Positions 49,401 through 54,620 of a stretch of 57,294 nt of DNA are shown here, in pieces; position 1 is the stretch's first letter, and the number at the start of each line of letters is the position of its first letter. The position numbers and the translations under genes were made by a program. The notes beneath the pieces were generated by a model. That model ran no database searches. It worked only from the letters and a program-made list of their open reading frames with translations, and was not told where the DNA came from. This DNA is from an uncultured Lachnospiraceae bacterium (lineage in GTDB: Bacteria; Bacillota; Clostridia; Christensenellales; UBA1242), in the NCBI GenBank assembly GCA_964541365.1, contig CAZIPJ010000001.1, positions 1-57,294 of the forward strand, in the 5' to 3' direction.

Positions 49401-49718
49401 ATAACCAATAGGAGTCCATTCATTGCCAGCCAAGTCAATATCACAGTCAAGCACAACGTCTTGGTCCATATATTGCGAAATACCAGTTCTCACTCTTTCG
49501 GCAAAGAATCCAAATCCACTTGCAGTCAAGATGTGGGATGTCCCATCAGCCACATAAAAATCAGCCGCATCAACTTCTGACAAATATTCCCCATCCCAAA
49601 CACTTGCAGTTGTGCTCTGGGCATATACTTCATTTTTTCGGACTGAGAAAAATCCGAGAGTGGTAAACACTCCCAAAATCAAAACTGACAGAAAAACAAA
49701 AATTGATTTCTTTCTCAC
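31437..49718 (-). CDS. Giant (6093-aa) cell-surface repeat protein: signal peptide, GLUG-type regions, Listeria-Bacteroides (InlB B / Flg_new) repeats, YDG (MBG-like) modules, C-terminal TM anchor
   Basis: One uninterrupted 18,282-nt ORF with GTG start 49718 and AAGGAGAA SD. N-terminus MRKKSIFVFLSVLILGVFTTLGFFSV...VYA|QS. Repeated GG(I/L/A)VG motifs near both ends. Modules such as RTGYNFVGWFDASGNKI...LTARW (about 35790-35990) and WTPNSYIIQF...GYALAGWTL...ALWTPKTYKV (about 43690-44205). KVYDGKATEY and TKKYDGTKDV modules at about 37100-41000. C-terminus WYIYLIIGIIGLLLLLIVLFIIISVRRKKRREKLANR. Confidence 0.9.
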   Translation of the reverse strand: MRKKSIFVFLSVLILGVFTTLGFFSVRKNEVYAQSTTASVWDGEYLSEVDAADFYVADGTSHILTASGFGFFAERVRTGISQYMDQDVVLDCDIDLAGNEWTPIGYDDNHMFKGRFNGNGHYIYNLKIHNSTSNYVGLFGTTVGTISNLNLVDVDIKASGKEAVGGIVGNLNTSTGANRNLSVTGKIEVDGVNYVGGAVGESVGSTLRNVSNILSDVEISTKAGGSASTAVGGVFGKYAVGNGTLEEIAFKGSIDVNATYAGGLLGQIDAFGNFRNSYNAGSVKNSGTYTAGLVANVAGVTGSLQMSYLYNAGKLDWKNSDDDSKYCSGLFGLFARSGTKTISNCFNIDTARSARNNSPIYANPNGSTVRVSNVWHNVDSYVADSTAVIGLATLAKTKSFYSNEKYFADATWDFETVWGISTGINNSYPYLLKTQNLGNPNNDTSFSTELEGDGSFENPYLIFTASDLGYVSANYDASEQGNANWSGKYFSLQNDIDLTGRTWQPIGASNDNAFSGVFDGNGHTIYGMTCSLQFQYSYHGLFGVTSNAVIKNLTVADVRFINGGTGSLESSTSAGVMGALVGYARANTYLANCVDNSNIYGLKTVGKAESDALTVAYGKNNLVDGEIKTLSVTGAKTAYDVELDGNGGVFYDKDGKIISGTYHLMVDAEGDLLSRATYDADGIETVNIPDRSWGMSLPQLSDKISEKDNHFDILVKKGSKLTSYSMLGGAHSTFALDATNFGALNSALILGLRANFEVQQAKSLQVVYNQYEVDNFKADNTASYVRSQVYQVEYDSILSIDYPHIFNTTPTKDGKVASADGSNLLRGKDFTIEGFYFEKDGDLFGTLVDGTAFANDENLKHSEIYVKWVGSSEVNYQFNVAFNKTDDKILGNLDLADAIESVTLSSYGGTENWTKQGLLGSEDANGKLIVSFDFDTTFSDLTTNGLSLKFNFKSGYDISGNIILRDLASGTDFNFGHMSYAKGSSVTSEAGVEQDYSAFAVDGQTFLNLVGDYTLDVFVQRKLFSTELNVSSDELYFALAPNIPNTKELSVFANGFDGAPEAMLATTKVVEQLFVGYDVINKSFVSSAETVGKEDDSNGHAFDIDMSAYTDVLLGYKFDDNGTEKTRYFKFVKETYLEKVGLNTVEYPAYVLYEMLYQNENWEKIDLIATLVLSDDETTFRKISYLTGAEFVLLGSVQDDASEIVVPDRNYDNFQNGGEYDVYKNANTKVLTKAFSDGDSIKKIQHDIKIDEIADGLTSQIGWSVAGDLYEEYSRITLVSKYTKVSFDLKFVDVDGNPIRTGILPTAYIDGNTNLGLPDDGKTQDVKINFTASDYYKLLETTLDGKISVVLTGRNIPNAKENVLIVAETVATQVSESDNGQGWLNNFNENNAEFFSVGSVSKNGKLSMYDNADKTAYDNYQFTLSFTNELRAGKYTIKFVCQPVNYSIDFGTKFIKYDQSENYSAMVALDKTILTDENLVQGLPTVVAKKNAQAIESGDDTILFSDEISMETALGDNNGYTFFDWYVESEKWSGFLKDFDANLGRSQDIEFVFSSIYDYVATGVTSAEIVGKRNYKVEINAVYIRKEIDITLSDRVSVTGDDSYTTAGSLGVVISFNRINYSYSVDTANDAEQDLFVSFGKGGTNGDSYYFNGFIILNSSNAVVDTIYSGDGVAFTGASVKSFFIDKLENDETMKNLTLYTLVPILTRKTANISFVSGTGNGIDGAYTDGKNGKVFDVDGNETANTIVTISDVGVGSSIYLNTTNPNFETMVDGTAKSVVIDELFAGRVGYTTPANAYWYWSNGASSGALNGSQLFVASSYFVGTTDDKTSIELVVYRNWTPNSYIIQFSRNQGVFGGDNVANESVSITVNYDQKVEGVLTFNDISKVGYALAGWTLAIDDKDTIVFDENGQSKAYEAIIDEFGNYISTNNLNVYALWTPKTYKVQLVTNGANTIAGNEAESTIDFEMAYGASFAEAFNAYGLMAGENAPTREGFVFNGVYASGTYTQTITSSTLFSETLPGCVLSDNEDVSLKIFIDWQFDSTHLALSLTQNLISKQYTSNDVMFYIAEFFENGFNADGYIVEIVDDQTISITVNDAVGAKVNVEITSAMVDVIGNSAFSAENVGLYNVTLVLTLEDLISEGVTLYTQTISLYAQISETTLSVGIESDNEDVWLVNVKRIMSKFVPSATMARIENCNTFDAFVKNVLSSLDSTVTSGVTNKQAYEFVMYKYFYMLTSTNYKTYKEMTYADFAEQRATIENDVKNVVSRMYFFDFYNHKNSAINDFSVYNNSIVFSSPTVENPRREVEIDRVEISATSINVDTTYYFRAYIRNADGQNSLGNFVLNYDENGDAYVNLGQVYILPELLEVENRAASKAAYYNANLASASSAWQGNRQELMLEGFEGYYKIDDTLYAKANLLTSNNGKEKEDVDYSFVSDKNYLYYTNVSIYERSVLNGEIVMTDVTNRYKLILGEDDIFSILNVDGVATIDISAKYLTYLNGFMNFGELPTTVSQNLLRITQVTYDLNDGLGVRRLSDSTNGYLQVRNYEDNGVIICQIENNNANEISAILSKFVLTVTVSTTEKSLSDYLALYKWSETETFNIDGTMENNTSFTIEKASLSEEAGMVTTYNLYAVYTDMVLVNYNLNFPSNYSTSSATTSLLKLGASTVEDLLMPNENGFKLASLTSTKTKVSYEKLFDSTDGTFKGINSSDRHAKVELEAKWMIEEMTYGQSLTEYKTSVYGFEYLSVDDVVSIYNKNENLFNYTYEWYKGDELISRVERFTLDGNGTVDDNGTYKLVVTANVKKEFLTTALVSSEGATNSFEVTFEMEFIKNKLNEITFVGDSEFDYDGQDKLNNWYFRVEYAIYDTELGQYGENPNYLLEYYAGARNLNIQITRNGVLTTSMKDAGTYIITVSGSDVVYSNSAEFGTLTFEVVVKPYEVELSEYEIKYSKNFNGEEPELIRDIYLANETVRFSFVRGFGEDVGTYDLTVASLTEALKDNYTVKMNGVVLFENGKLTQLGKTTSVGTFEILTSGTLRLSYKVSDANPETIEVGYSADGYRVELDDLTLKIYNGSLPIKILTLNLFDETADAQISNSEVLSLLLDSFKNVELKLFDTASHETVTASGTYTYVFEGLEEISKYYSNLTFAQGYQFVVGKILIDASELALDKVYDGKATEYFDVSGTKIEDIDSFDGVYILATYASAHAGQTRVDLSLLDTNSSDAISNYQLSESSAQATISKLSARLTATMSKDVYEYGEISISNLDSNVNKNYTISDLNGNDVSDILANGYYNIQYSLPTTALANANGYVYKGSYQLQATASFDDFNMNLYLPTVVIAEKRINKGISVGQFSILASENIEATYKETYTFSETGDTFDILYSVVGATVGSPAVVGHYSLALAETEYVNGSIVLSIEAENNGFEVKTEENLVYITLDKDLLSGVYNGLAYSLTVDASAKTLSVANNGVTETANLQFTYASDGSEVEDVAFNSLEIFSGTNTTSFVDAGSFRLSLRANSSTHSNFAFAEEYNFVISKKEIDASSLALEWQYTGSATFTINEFDGKVGEDGVSLVARFASANVGEDIDVTMFLQGVKSVNYELKNTDGLKGKITKADAYIALTKTDFVYGNLTSRDVVPFTVTAGGFAISASQYNIVLNVVDATYSTARYLNCDTYLVSLDESSSSANYNLIFASGQSITVSPFEISVLLQTSGQFIYVYGASETTTDEFVGDFSTPLNEVIRLNFTREDGVEVGYYKVLSANSLSANYQVASVTDRSEGAFRIAKAQEMIYILMSNSPEVLGTDDESATIVYDGNLYDKVTVAQKAGSKKYQLVFESTARTSAKQYYDLNYYSYNAEEDKYTLLSDVTVDGLKANITFANGTGGRNFGNYVINATDETADNLQVSLGKYGQHSFNLSITKREVYFINSTITKVFDNDDSDIVYDEPTQMLSGILADDVQGLTLSISLTQDGKRAKYVGYSYDVEATLIGGQTNYNLNLCTSDGDALVGEIIPALLTVSVKDQTFVYGESVDIDFEYSSDVNLNRYEKGVDVKVMPFAEEEQYSTSGSLKVGDYSMVCTVGTPDFRPVFVVNGKEANNLNDATVSIIAKTLTLEGVKEEIEDIFTKKYDGTKDVALLDEEGEERILLVGTVDKDKVVSDGLGGTTTIHAYDDVKIESATYATEFIGQAITINFRLGGADAGNYALSSWEYGVIEAVTVKLNFNYNANGSNVKSNVENSNLPQLSALAFPFMSDSYLTANSANANTTSLRNFPTNLTGRTGFVFEKWTLSFKNVAEGSMQHTFLTSVLKKLGKTLGQDYSYENQEFKIDVGNNADTVELLKALLNNETDLFGTYYKNDDIEFTFDANWDINKYQVSIKVADETGADADFGKVLLVAGNGEEIEITSSASFTGRFDYGTKLTLKAIANEHCTYYGFYNATGSIHYDNGTASGVSVSTSADGALLTVANLSTTYNFVARFEAEKVNVIFDLSDASDATISSTKFVKGSDNKYSWRATYLELQQFSLANIGLHRDGFELVSISNGTTVASDFENTKLSALVSQGQTELTLTANFEAVGVVVTLDFADGKTENKKITVPFKQNYAESSDWIETPLRTGYNFVGWFDASGNKINGQSVLSTTQNHTLTARWQIASFDISITVENVSISSSANFVKNGNVYTLNGVDFETEIEFNVTADAGYTLENVESWNKNFKVTVSSGVAIVSFKMPAENLVCKISATAKTNTVSVLGDNIGQILAYDITDGTEQALSVESNAVRLQTGKALKLVVSASYGFQMLEEVICEDADVVVKTSVVSDVLTIEISNVLRDVSIELSTLEVINDIVVKFSENDKVEALVVDGNTYRDFDKLPTMRRVAGETLEMYLKYKHGYEFAQFETDSQYIIQCALATEGLYAQEGYYKIVVSDIEEDGQILFTSKISQFTLKVETLSYNELKQLVDEPENKAYIQENSLSSIVADFGTKLTLSYQMLSIYSFAGWSRDGENVFSTDEILDYELVDNETIYAIFSSMKFTIRFGTYNNYTLNSEYGEPALERTIYQEIAGFGERYLDADTENDIYSLELYYGASKTISYVVPTGYRYYGIGYYNGNNFVILETAESGERTVQFTISSLELDEDVVNFVLYVIVKAYSFNININTEIDIEGVREPNIDVGGVELQSENGLGVNQYGYIEGTRTRYSSEDFVDGKLVDDRAFTIVGYTGEDVYIKINTKKVGYKFFDVVSNSMLVTVYQIEKGENYAIYTIMGAIGGTEVDIDVLFRPNLNDIKIGFKVSDTDTNAGAINYVVDAQNANKVFASGRDYSSITVSAYTDSTFEVVAYIRVGYYIYEKNVELVCENDIIDRDSIQVEQLSIKLDGFTAKVSFIVKDYLFENEIYILVHPTTYTVKLVEEGNVLAVVKNVEFGSRLELSEINQANIQILTSQDKLAFVDGKLAFLMSRQNYHFDGFFTSENGAGVMYIDSDGTVLQAWNESGYQLNSLTSKYELTENAYFNSQTGEMEITLYLYWSYYKTRIHFEVVPNVSINATAQDMVSGVDYTNSWYYPTSKLYIEVAFNTNIYIKAPKLQGYKFYKFVIKQKDINGNWLEDVVTFSEEVPWSTNELDKIVECDVQVVYFALVDVVVYGGEGGFKVEQEASDPQARALNEQNYVDTTKNFNLIAEFNEQDYEFVRWNNVTTGQTCWTKDWEDLRALAKTTLILNLQGRTFRMSFADESGNLYDYTFGQILNVVATSTDGTSRAYRLGNYSAGQFIPALDRIDVKVGDKVTFAVAVDYGFAIIWNRDDIKFSHYENGLSYFDLAIENCPQGDLMRILPEFKNEIISIYVNRRFADADKATNAMDNNFVNAAGYTTFKGRRADLISASADAQSIEIGLVTNQRYAISSITVKNYDLTLTKDELVFTDKGNLILTKDFIEAKGILGTVQIEIEYYRLLWEDYAVSASGFAGSGTDDEPFEISSVDELVLMMRLCNSGATYGNGKQYRSASYILKKDLELSDRFWTPIGTEEFPFNGLFNFNGHRVSGIYNAFTYETVSYGGLFGVLSQNAVILQGKQGAGWYIYLIIGIIGLLLLLIVLFIIISVRRKKRREKLANR

Positions 49719-49810
49719 TTGATTTTCTCCTTGCCCTAAATGATGTTGTCAGGCTTTATCATTTTCATTTTACAATAAATGTCACTTCTTATGCAAACGA
49801 ATATAAAAAA

Positions 49811-49835
49811 TATATATATTTTTAATATATATATA
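49811..49835. repeat. AT-dinucleotide repeats forming an imperfect palindrome upstream of the giant gene
   Basis: TATATATA (49811-49818) TTTTTA ATATATATATA (49825-49835), in the 234-nt region between the trpS terminator and the giant-gene start. Confidence 0.8.
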
Positions 49836-49923
49836 AATTAAACTTTTAATCGTCAACCCCAACATTTTTACTTCCATTTTTTCAGTAAAACCTGCTATTC
49901 TTAGTTGTATTTTGCTCAGAAAA

Positions 49924-49951
49924 AATAAAAAAAGTGCAAACGAATGCACTT
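49924..49951 (-). terminator. Intrinsic terminator of trpS
   Basis: Minus strand AGTGCA-TTCGTT-TGCACT followed by T7, directly after the stop. Confidence 0.8.
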
Positions 49952-49952
49952 T

Positions 49953-50945
49953 TTATTTCACTCCAATCTTTTTTCTGACATCTGCAATGGTCTTTTTTGC
50001 AATTTCTCTTGCCTTCAAAGCCCCAGCTTTCAAAATCTGGTCCACTTCATCTCTGTGTGCCTGATAATAGTCAAAACGCTCTCTCATTGGGCGGATGTAC
50101 TCATTAGCAACTTCAAAAAGTTCTTTTTTTGCTTCTCCCCAACCAAGGCCAGCTTTCAATCTTTCTTCAAAATCTTTTGCCTTTTCTTTTGACACAAACA
50201 ATTTGTAAAGCTTATTGACTGTGCAGTCCACATCTTTTGGTTCACCAGGAAGTTTGCAGTCTGTGACGATTTTGTTTATGCTTTTCTTCAAAATGTTTTC
50301 AGTTGTGAAAAGTTGAATTTGATTTCCATAACTTTTGCTCATCTTTCTTCCATCAAGTCCAACCAAAGTGCAAACATCTTCTTGAATAAGTCCATCTGGC
50401 AAAACAAATGTTTTTCCGTATTTGTTGTTGAAACTGTTTGCTATGTCTCTGGCAATTTCAATATGTTGTTTTTGGTCAAGTCCCACAGGAACAAGCCCTG
50501 TCTGGAAAAGCAAAATATCTGCGGCCATCAAAATAGGATAATTATAAAGCCCCATATTAACGCCGAAATCTTTTTCATTTTGTTCTTCTTCGTTCTTCTC
50601 AACCATCGCCTTGTAAGCGTGTGCCCTATTCATCAAGCCCTTTGGTGTGACATTACTCAAAATCCAATTAAGCTCAAAAACTTCTGGAATATCTGATTGC
50701 TTATAGAAAACAACCTTGTTTGGGTCAAGTCCACAAGCAAGCCAAGTGCAAGCGATGTTGTAAGTATATTCATCCATTTCTTCTTTTGTTTTAAGTGTGG
50801 TCAGTGCGTGATAGTCTGCGATGAAATAGAAGCAATTAAACTCTTGCGTTCTGCTAAGCTCAATTGCAGATTTTATTGCACCAAAATAGTTGCCCAAGTG
50901 AGCATAACCAGTTGGTTTAATTCCAGTTAAAACAATTTTTTTCAT
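49953..50945 (-). CDS. trpS: Tryptophan--tRNA ligase
   Basis: TGIKPTGYAHLGNY (HIGH-type) and KMSKS motifs; 330 aa. Confidence 0.95.
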   Translation of the reverse strand: MKKIVLTGIKPTGYAHLGNYFGAIKSAIELSRTQEFNCFYFIADYHALTTLKTKEEMDEYTYNIACTWLACGLDPNKVVFYKQSDIPEVFELNWILSNVTPKGLMNRAHAYKAMVEKNEEEQNEKDFGVNMGLYNYPILMAADILLFQTGLVPVGLDQKQHIEIARDIANSFNNKYGKTFVLPDGLIQEDVCTLVGLDGRKMSKSYGNQIQLFTTENILKKSINKIVTDCKLPGEPKDVDCTVNKLYKLFVSKEKAKDFEERLKAGLGWGEAKKELFEVANEYIRPMRERFDYYQAHRDEVDQILKAGALKAREIAKKTIADVRKKIGVK

Positions 50946-51026
50946 TTCTTACTCCGAAAAACATAAGTTGCGTTTTTGATTTTACCAAACGCCTACATTA
51001 CCGTATTTACCGAATGAACAGCACTC

Positions 51027-52658
51027 TTAGCAAAATTGCGAAAGTCTTTCAAGAACTTCTTTTTCTCCAAGCAATGTCATAATTTCATAAAGGTCTGGTG
51101 AGTTCTTTCTTCCAGTGACAGCAACCCTGATATATTCACAAACAGTGGCAACATTTCCCTTGAAATTTTCAGGGTTTGCCTTGTACAATTTGTTGTCTGT
51201 CGCATAACCCAAAGCACCCGCCATTTGCTTCACTTTGTCAAACCAAGTCTCTTTTGAAGAAAGGTCAAGATATTTTTTATAGTTCTTCAAAACTTCAACA
51301 AAGTCAGCCTTTTTCTCTTCGTCGATTTCATATGAGTGTGGAACACCAAACATATAGTCAAACAAGTCAAAAAACATACTCCACTTGTAAATATCTTTTC
51401 TTGGCTTTGGCTTTTCTCTGTCAATGTTCAAAACTTTTGTTACATATTCTCTGTCTTTTACAAGGTAGTCAACATTCTCTGGTGAATACTCCCTTGCCCA
51501 AGCAAGCAAAAGCTCATAGCATTTTTGCGCCGTGTATTTTGAAATGACTTCCTTTGAGATATCATTAAACTTGTCCATATCCAAAACAGGAGAGCCTGCC
51601 GTAATATTGAGTGGCTCAAAGTGATACTCAGTATAAGGAAGACTTGGATTGTTTTTTCTCCATATTTCAAAACCAGAGTTGATAAGATTCATAACATATT
51701 CACAAATTGTTTCAACAGGATAGCCTGCCTTTGCATAGAAACGCATATCAAACTCTTTATCTTTTCTTTTTGAAACCTTACGCTTCTTCTCCCCTTCTTT
51801 GATGCAAATAAGTGGATTGTGAAGATAAAGCATAGGCTTAAAGCCAAGTGCGTTGAAAATTTCAATATGAACAGGAGTTGATGGAAGCCATTCTTCTCCA
51901 CGCACAACAAGTGTTGTCCCCATCAAGGTATCATCAATGGCGTGCGCAAAATGATATGGTGGAAGCCCATCACTTTTCAAAATCACAACATCTTTTGAGT
52001 TTTCTTCCATACTGATTTTTCCTTTCAATACATCAAAAAACTCAACTTTATTCTTTGAATTTCCGTTTGATTTAAGTCGAACGGCAAACTTTTTGCCTTC
52101 TTTAAGATATTTTTCAATTTGTTCAAGAGTCAAATTTCTGCAAGGGTCTTTTTCATCATTTGAAAGTCCAACGGAAAATTTCTTTTCTCTCTGCTCTTTG
52201 ATTTCTCCGATTCCACTTGCCTTATCGCAAAAACAAGGAAAAGCCTTACCTTCGCTTACAAGTTTTTTTACATACGCCTTGTAAATTTCCACTCTTTCAC
52301 TTTGATAATATGGTCCATACTCCCCAACTGTCACGCCGCCTTTAAGCTCATACTCGGCAGGCATAATTCCATAGTCAAACAGAATGCCCATAATCACTGC
52401 ACTAGCGCCTTCAACTTCTCTTTTTTTGTCAGTATCTTCATTTCTTAAATAGAAGATTCCGTTTGACATTCTCGCAACTGTTGAAGATATGAAAGCTTGG
52501 AAAAAGTTCCCAAGGTGCATAAATCCAGTTGGGCTTGGTGCATAACGAGTAACCTGTGCGCCGTCAGGCAATTTTCTTCTTGGATATTTTTTTTCAATTT
52601 CTTCCACTGTGAGTTTGTTGTTTGGAAACAACAAATCCGCAAGTTTTTGAGAATCCAT
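51027..52658 (-). CDS. gltX: Glutamate--tRNA ligase (long form, 543 aa)
   Basis: TRYAPSPTGFMHLGN (GluRS-type HIGH region) and KVSKRK (KMSKS-type). Confidence 0.8.
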   Translation of the reverse strand: MDSQKLADLLFPNNKLTVEEIEKKYPRRKLPDGAQVTRYAPSPTGFMHLGNFFQAFISSTVARMSNGIFYLRNEDTDKKREVEGASAVIMGILFDYGIMPAEYELKGGVTVGEYGPYYQSERVEIYKAYVKKLVSEGKAFPCFCDKASGIGEIKEQREKKFSVGLSNDEKDPCRNLTLEQIEKYLKEGKKFAVRLKSNGNSKNKVEFFDVLKGKISMEENSKDVVILKSDGLPPYHFAHAIDDTLMGTTLVVRGEEWLPSTPVHIEIFNALGFKPMLYLHNPLICIKEGEKKRKVSKRKDKEFDMRFYAKAGYPVETICEYVMNLINSGFEIWRKNNPSLPYTEYHFEPLNITAGSPVLDMDKFNDISKEVISKYTAQKCYELLLAWAREYSPENVDYLVKDREYVTKVLNIDREKPKPRKDIYKWSMFFDLFDYMFGVPHSYEIDEEKKADFVEVLKNYKKYLDLSSKETWFDKVKQMAGALGYATDNKLYKANPENFKGNVATVCEYIRVAVTGRKNSPDLYEIMTLLGEKEVLERLSQFC

Positions 52659-52671
52659 TTTCGTCTCCTAT

Positions 52672-53778
52672 CTAAATTGCAGAACTGAAATTTGCAATAA
52701 ATTCTGGCAAAGTAATATTTATGAATTGTTCAATCTTGTGTACGTCACGCTCTGCCAACTTGTTGTGTTTAAGATACTTGCTCATATTTCCTTCATAAGT
52801 GACAGCAAAAGCTTTCAAGTCTAAATCGTCCAAAGCATCAATGAAGCTGTCTGCTTCCTTTAAGAATTCATCAACCATATCAAACAAAACTTTAACAGTT
52901 TTATTTGTGTTTCCAGATGGGGTTGTCTTGACAAAATTATCTTTAAACTCTTTGTTGTAAATAGATGTAAGTTTTGTCAAAAGCTCATCAAGTTTTTTTG
53001 TTTCAGCAGTTCTATCTTTGTAATTGTCCCAAACAAATCTGTTTGCTGTTTCTGTCAGCATAAACTTGCTGAAAATTGGAAGCATTTTTGCTCTTGTATA
53101 GCCGTGAATGATTTTTGGTGTATTTTTAGTAACTTCCGTCTTTTTCAAACTGTCATAGATTTCAGTCTTTTCAACACACTTTGCCAAACTCATTGAAACA
53201 CTAAGGTTTTTTGAAACAAGTTTTCCAAAACTTTTTTTGTAAGTAGTCAGTCTTGCTTCAATATCCTTTTCGTTTGGGTTGTTAAATTGCTCAAACCAGT
53301 CAGCGAAATCTTTTGTAGCTGCTGCGAAAGTCTTGATATATTTTGTGAAAGATTCCATATCTTTGCAAAGGGCTTTAAGTGTCTTTTTTGCAGACTTTGA
53401 CATATTTTTTTCTTTATAATTTTGAATGTAAACAATGTTTTGAGTGATGTAGTCGTTTGAAATTGCCAAAATAGAATTGTATTTTTTGCTAAGTTCAACA
53501 AATCCATCAGCACCTGCGTCAATCTTGTTATTTGCAAATTTGCCAAAATCAACTTTTAGATTCGTTTCAATTCCATCCACATTTCCAGTGAGGAAACCTG
53601 TCTTTCTTGAATCAGAATCGGCCTTAACTGAGTACTTAGTGATTTGCGCTTGCATTGACGCATAATCACTTTTTAAATCTTTCAAACTTGCTCCGCAACC
53701 AGAAAGACCCAAAGCTGAAAAAATTCCAACCACGCCCAAAACAACCGCAAGGGCGAAACTTTTAAATTTTCCTTTCAT
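52672..53778 (-). CDS. Lipoprotein, 368 aa, Lys/Asn-rich
   Basis: MKGKFKSFALAVVLGVVGIFSALGLSGC lipobox. Shares an RxVW(N/D)NYK motif with the upstream gene. Confidence 0.8.
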   Translation of the reverse strand: MKGKFKSFALAVVLGVVGIFSALGLSGCGASLKDLKSDYASMQAQITKYSVKADSDSRKTGFLTGNVDGIETNLKVDFGKFANNKIDAGADGFVELSKKYNSILAISNDYITQNIVYIQNYKEKNMSKSAKKTLKALCKDMESFTKYIKTFAAATKDFADWFEQFNNPNEKDIEARLTTYKKSFGKLVSKNLSVSMSLAKCVEKTEIYDSLKKTEVTKNTPKIIHGYTRAKMLPIFSKFMLTETANRFVWDNYKDRTAETKKLDELLTKLTSIYNKEFKDNFVKTTPSGNTNKTVKVLFDMVDEFLKEADSFIDALDDLDLKAFAVTYEGNMSKYLKHNKLAERDVHKIEQFINITLPEFIANFSSAI

Positions 53779-53787
53779 AACTCCCCC

Positions 53788-54609
53788 TTATCTTCCCAAC
53801 AAAACTTGACCATTAAGGACATCTGTCCAATAGCCACTTTTTGTTCCTTCTTTCAAGATATTCTTCATTTTGTTGTGGTTGCTTTCTGATGTGTAATTGT
53901 AAGCCAAAATCGCTTTTTCAACATTTGCTTGACCGAAACTTGCATTGCTGAAATCTCTAAGATTTTTCCCAAGGTCTTGCGCCTTCCCTTGACCTTTTTT
54001 AAATTCACTATTGAGTTGTTTCATTCCAAGGAACAGCACATCTGTCAAGTCATTGTTCATAAGACTTGATGAAACTGAATCGCTGTAAACTTTTGACAAA
54101 AGCTCAAAAGCCTTCATTGTGTCAAGAACCATATCTTGAATATGTTCTTTATAGTTGTTCCATACAACTCTTTCCCAAGTTTCGCTTCCGCTTGTGTAAT
54201 TTCCTTTTTCCTTGACAATCTTTGTCATCTTATCTGCATTCTTTTGTGCAGAATTAAGTGCGGAAATAATTTTCTTTCTATTTTTTGAGTAAGTTTTTGT
54301 GTGCTCCATAAAAGGTGCTTCGTTGTTGAAAAATACTGCAATGTTTGTGTAAGCTTCATAGGCAAGTCTGTAATTTGCAACTTCTTCCGCTTCGCCATTT
54401 GTTTTGTTTGCAACATAAGACTGCAAATAATTTGTCAGAGTCTTATATTCGTCACTTTCAGTTGACAAATATCCAGTTGTGACAGTTGTGTTTAAGTCTT
54501 CTGCAAAACTTTTCGTATTTTTATCTTTGAAAAGCATAACAAAAACTATGGTAAGCACAGCTGCAATCAAAAGTAAAGCAACGACTACAAAAAACCATTT
54601 TTTCTTCAT
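53788..54609 (-). CDS. N-terminally membrane-anchored extracytoplasmic protein, 273 aa
   Basis: MKKKWFFVVVALLLIAAVLTIVFVMLF signal anchor; distant paralog of the 52672-53778 product. Confidence 0.75.
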   Translation of the reverse strand: MKKKWFFVVVALLLIAAVLTIVFVMLFKDKNTKSFAEDLNTTVTTGYLSTESDEYKTLTNYLQSYVANKTNGEAEEVANYRLAYEAYTNIAVFFNNEAPFMEHTKTYSKNRKKIISALNSAQKNADKMTKIVKEKGNYTSGSETWERVVWNNYKEHIQDMVLDTMKAFELLSKVYSDSVSSSLMNNDLTDVLFLGMKQLNSEFKKGQGKAQDLGKNLRDFSNASFGQANVEKAILAYNYTSESNHNKMKNILKEGTKSGYWTDVLNGQVLLGR

Positions 54610-54620
54610 ATATCCCCCTT

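Noticed and set aside
31437-49718. About 50 short track ORFs on both strands inside the giant gene
   Set aside because: All are nested within one continuous 18.3-kb reading frame that has a coherent repeat-domain sequence. None has an SD or recognisable similarity.
50946-51026. T-box or other riboswitch leaders upstream of trpS, gltX and argS
   Set aside because: The intergenic spaces are too short for a ~200-nt T-box: 81 nt before trpS, 13 nt before gltX, and about 178 nt shared with a divergent promoter before argS. I saw no specifier or antiterminator architecture.
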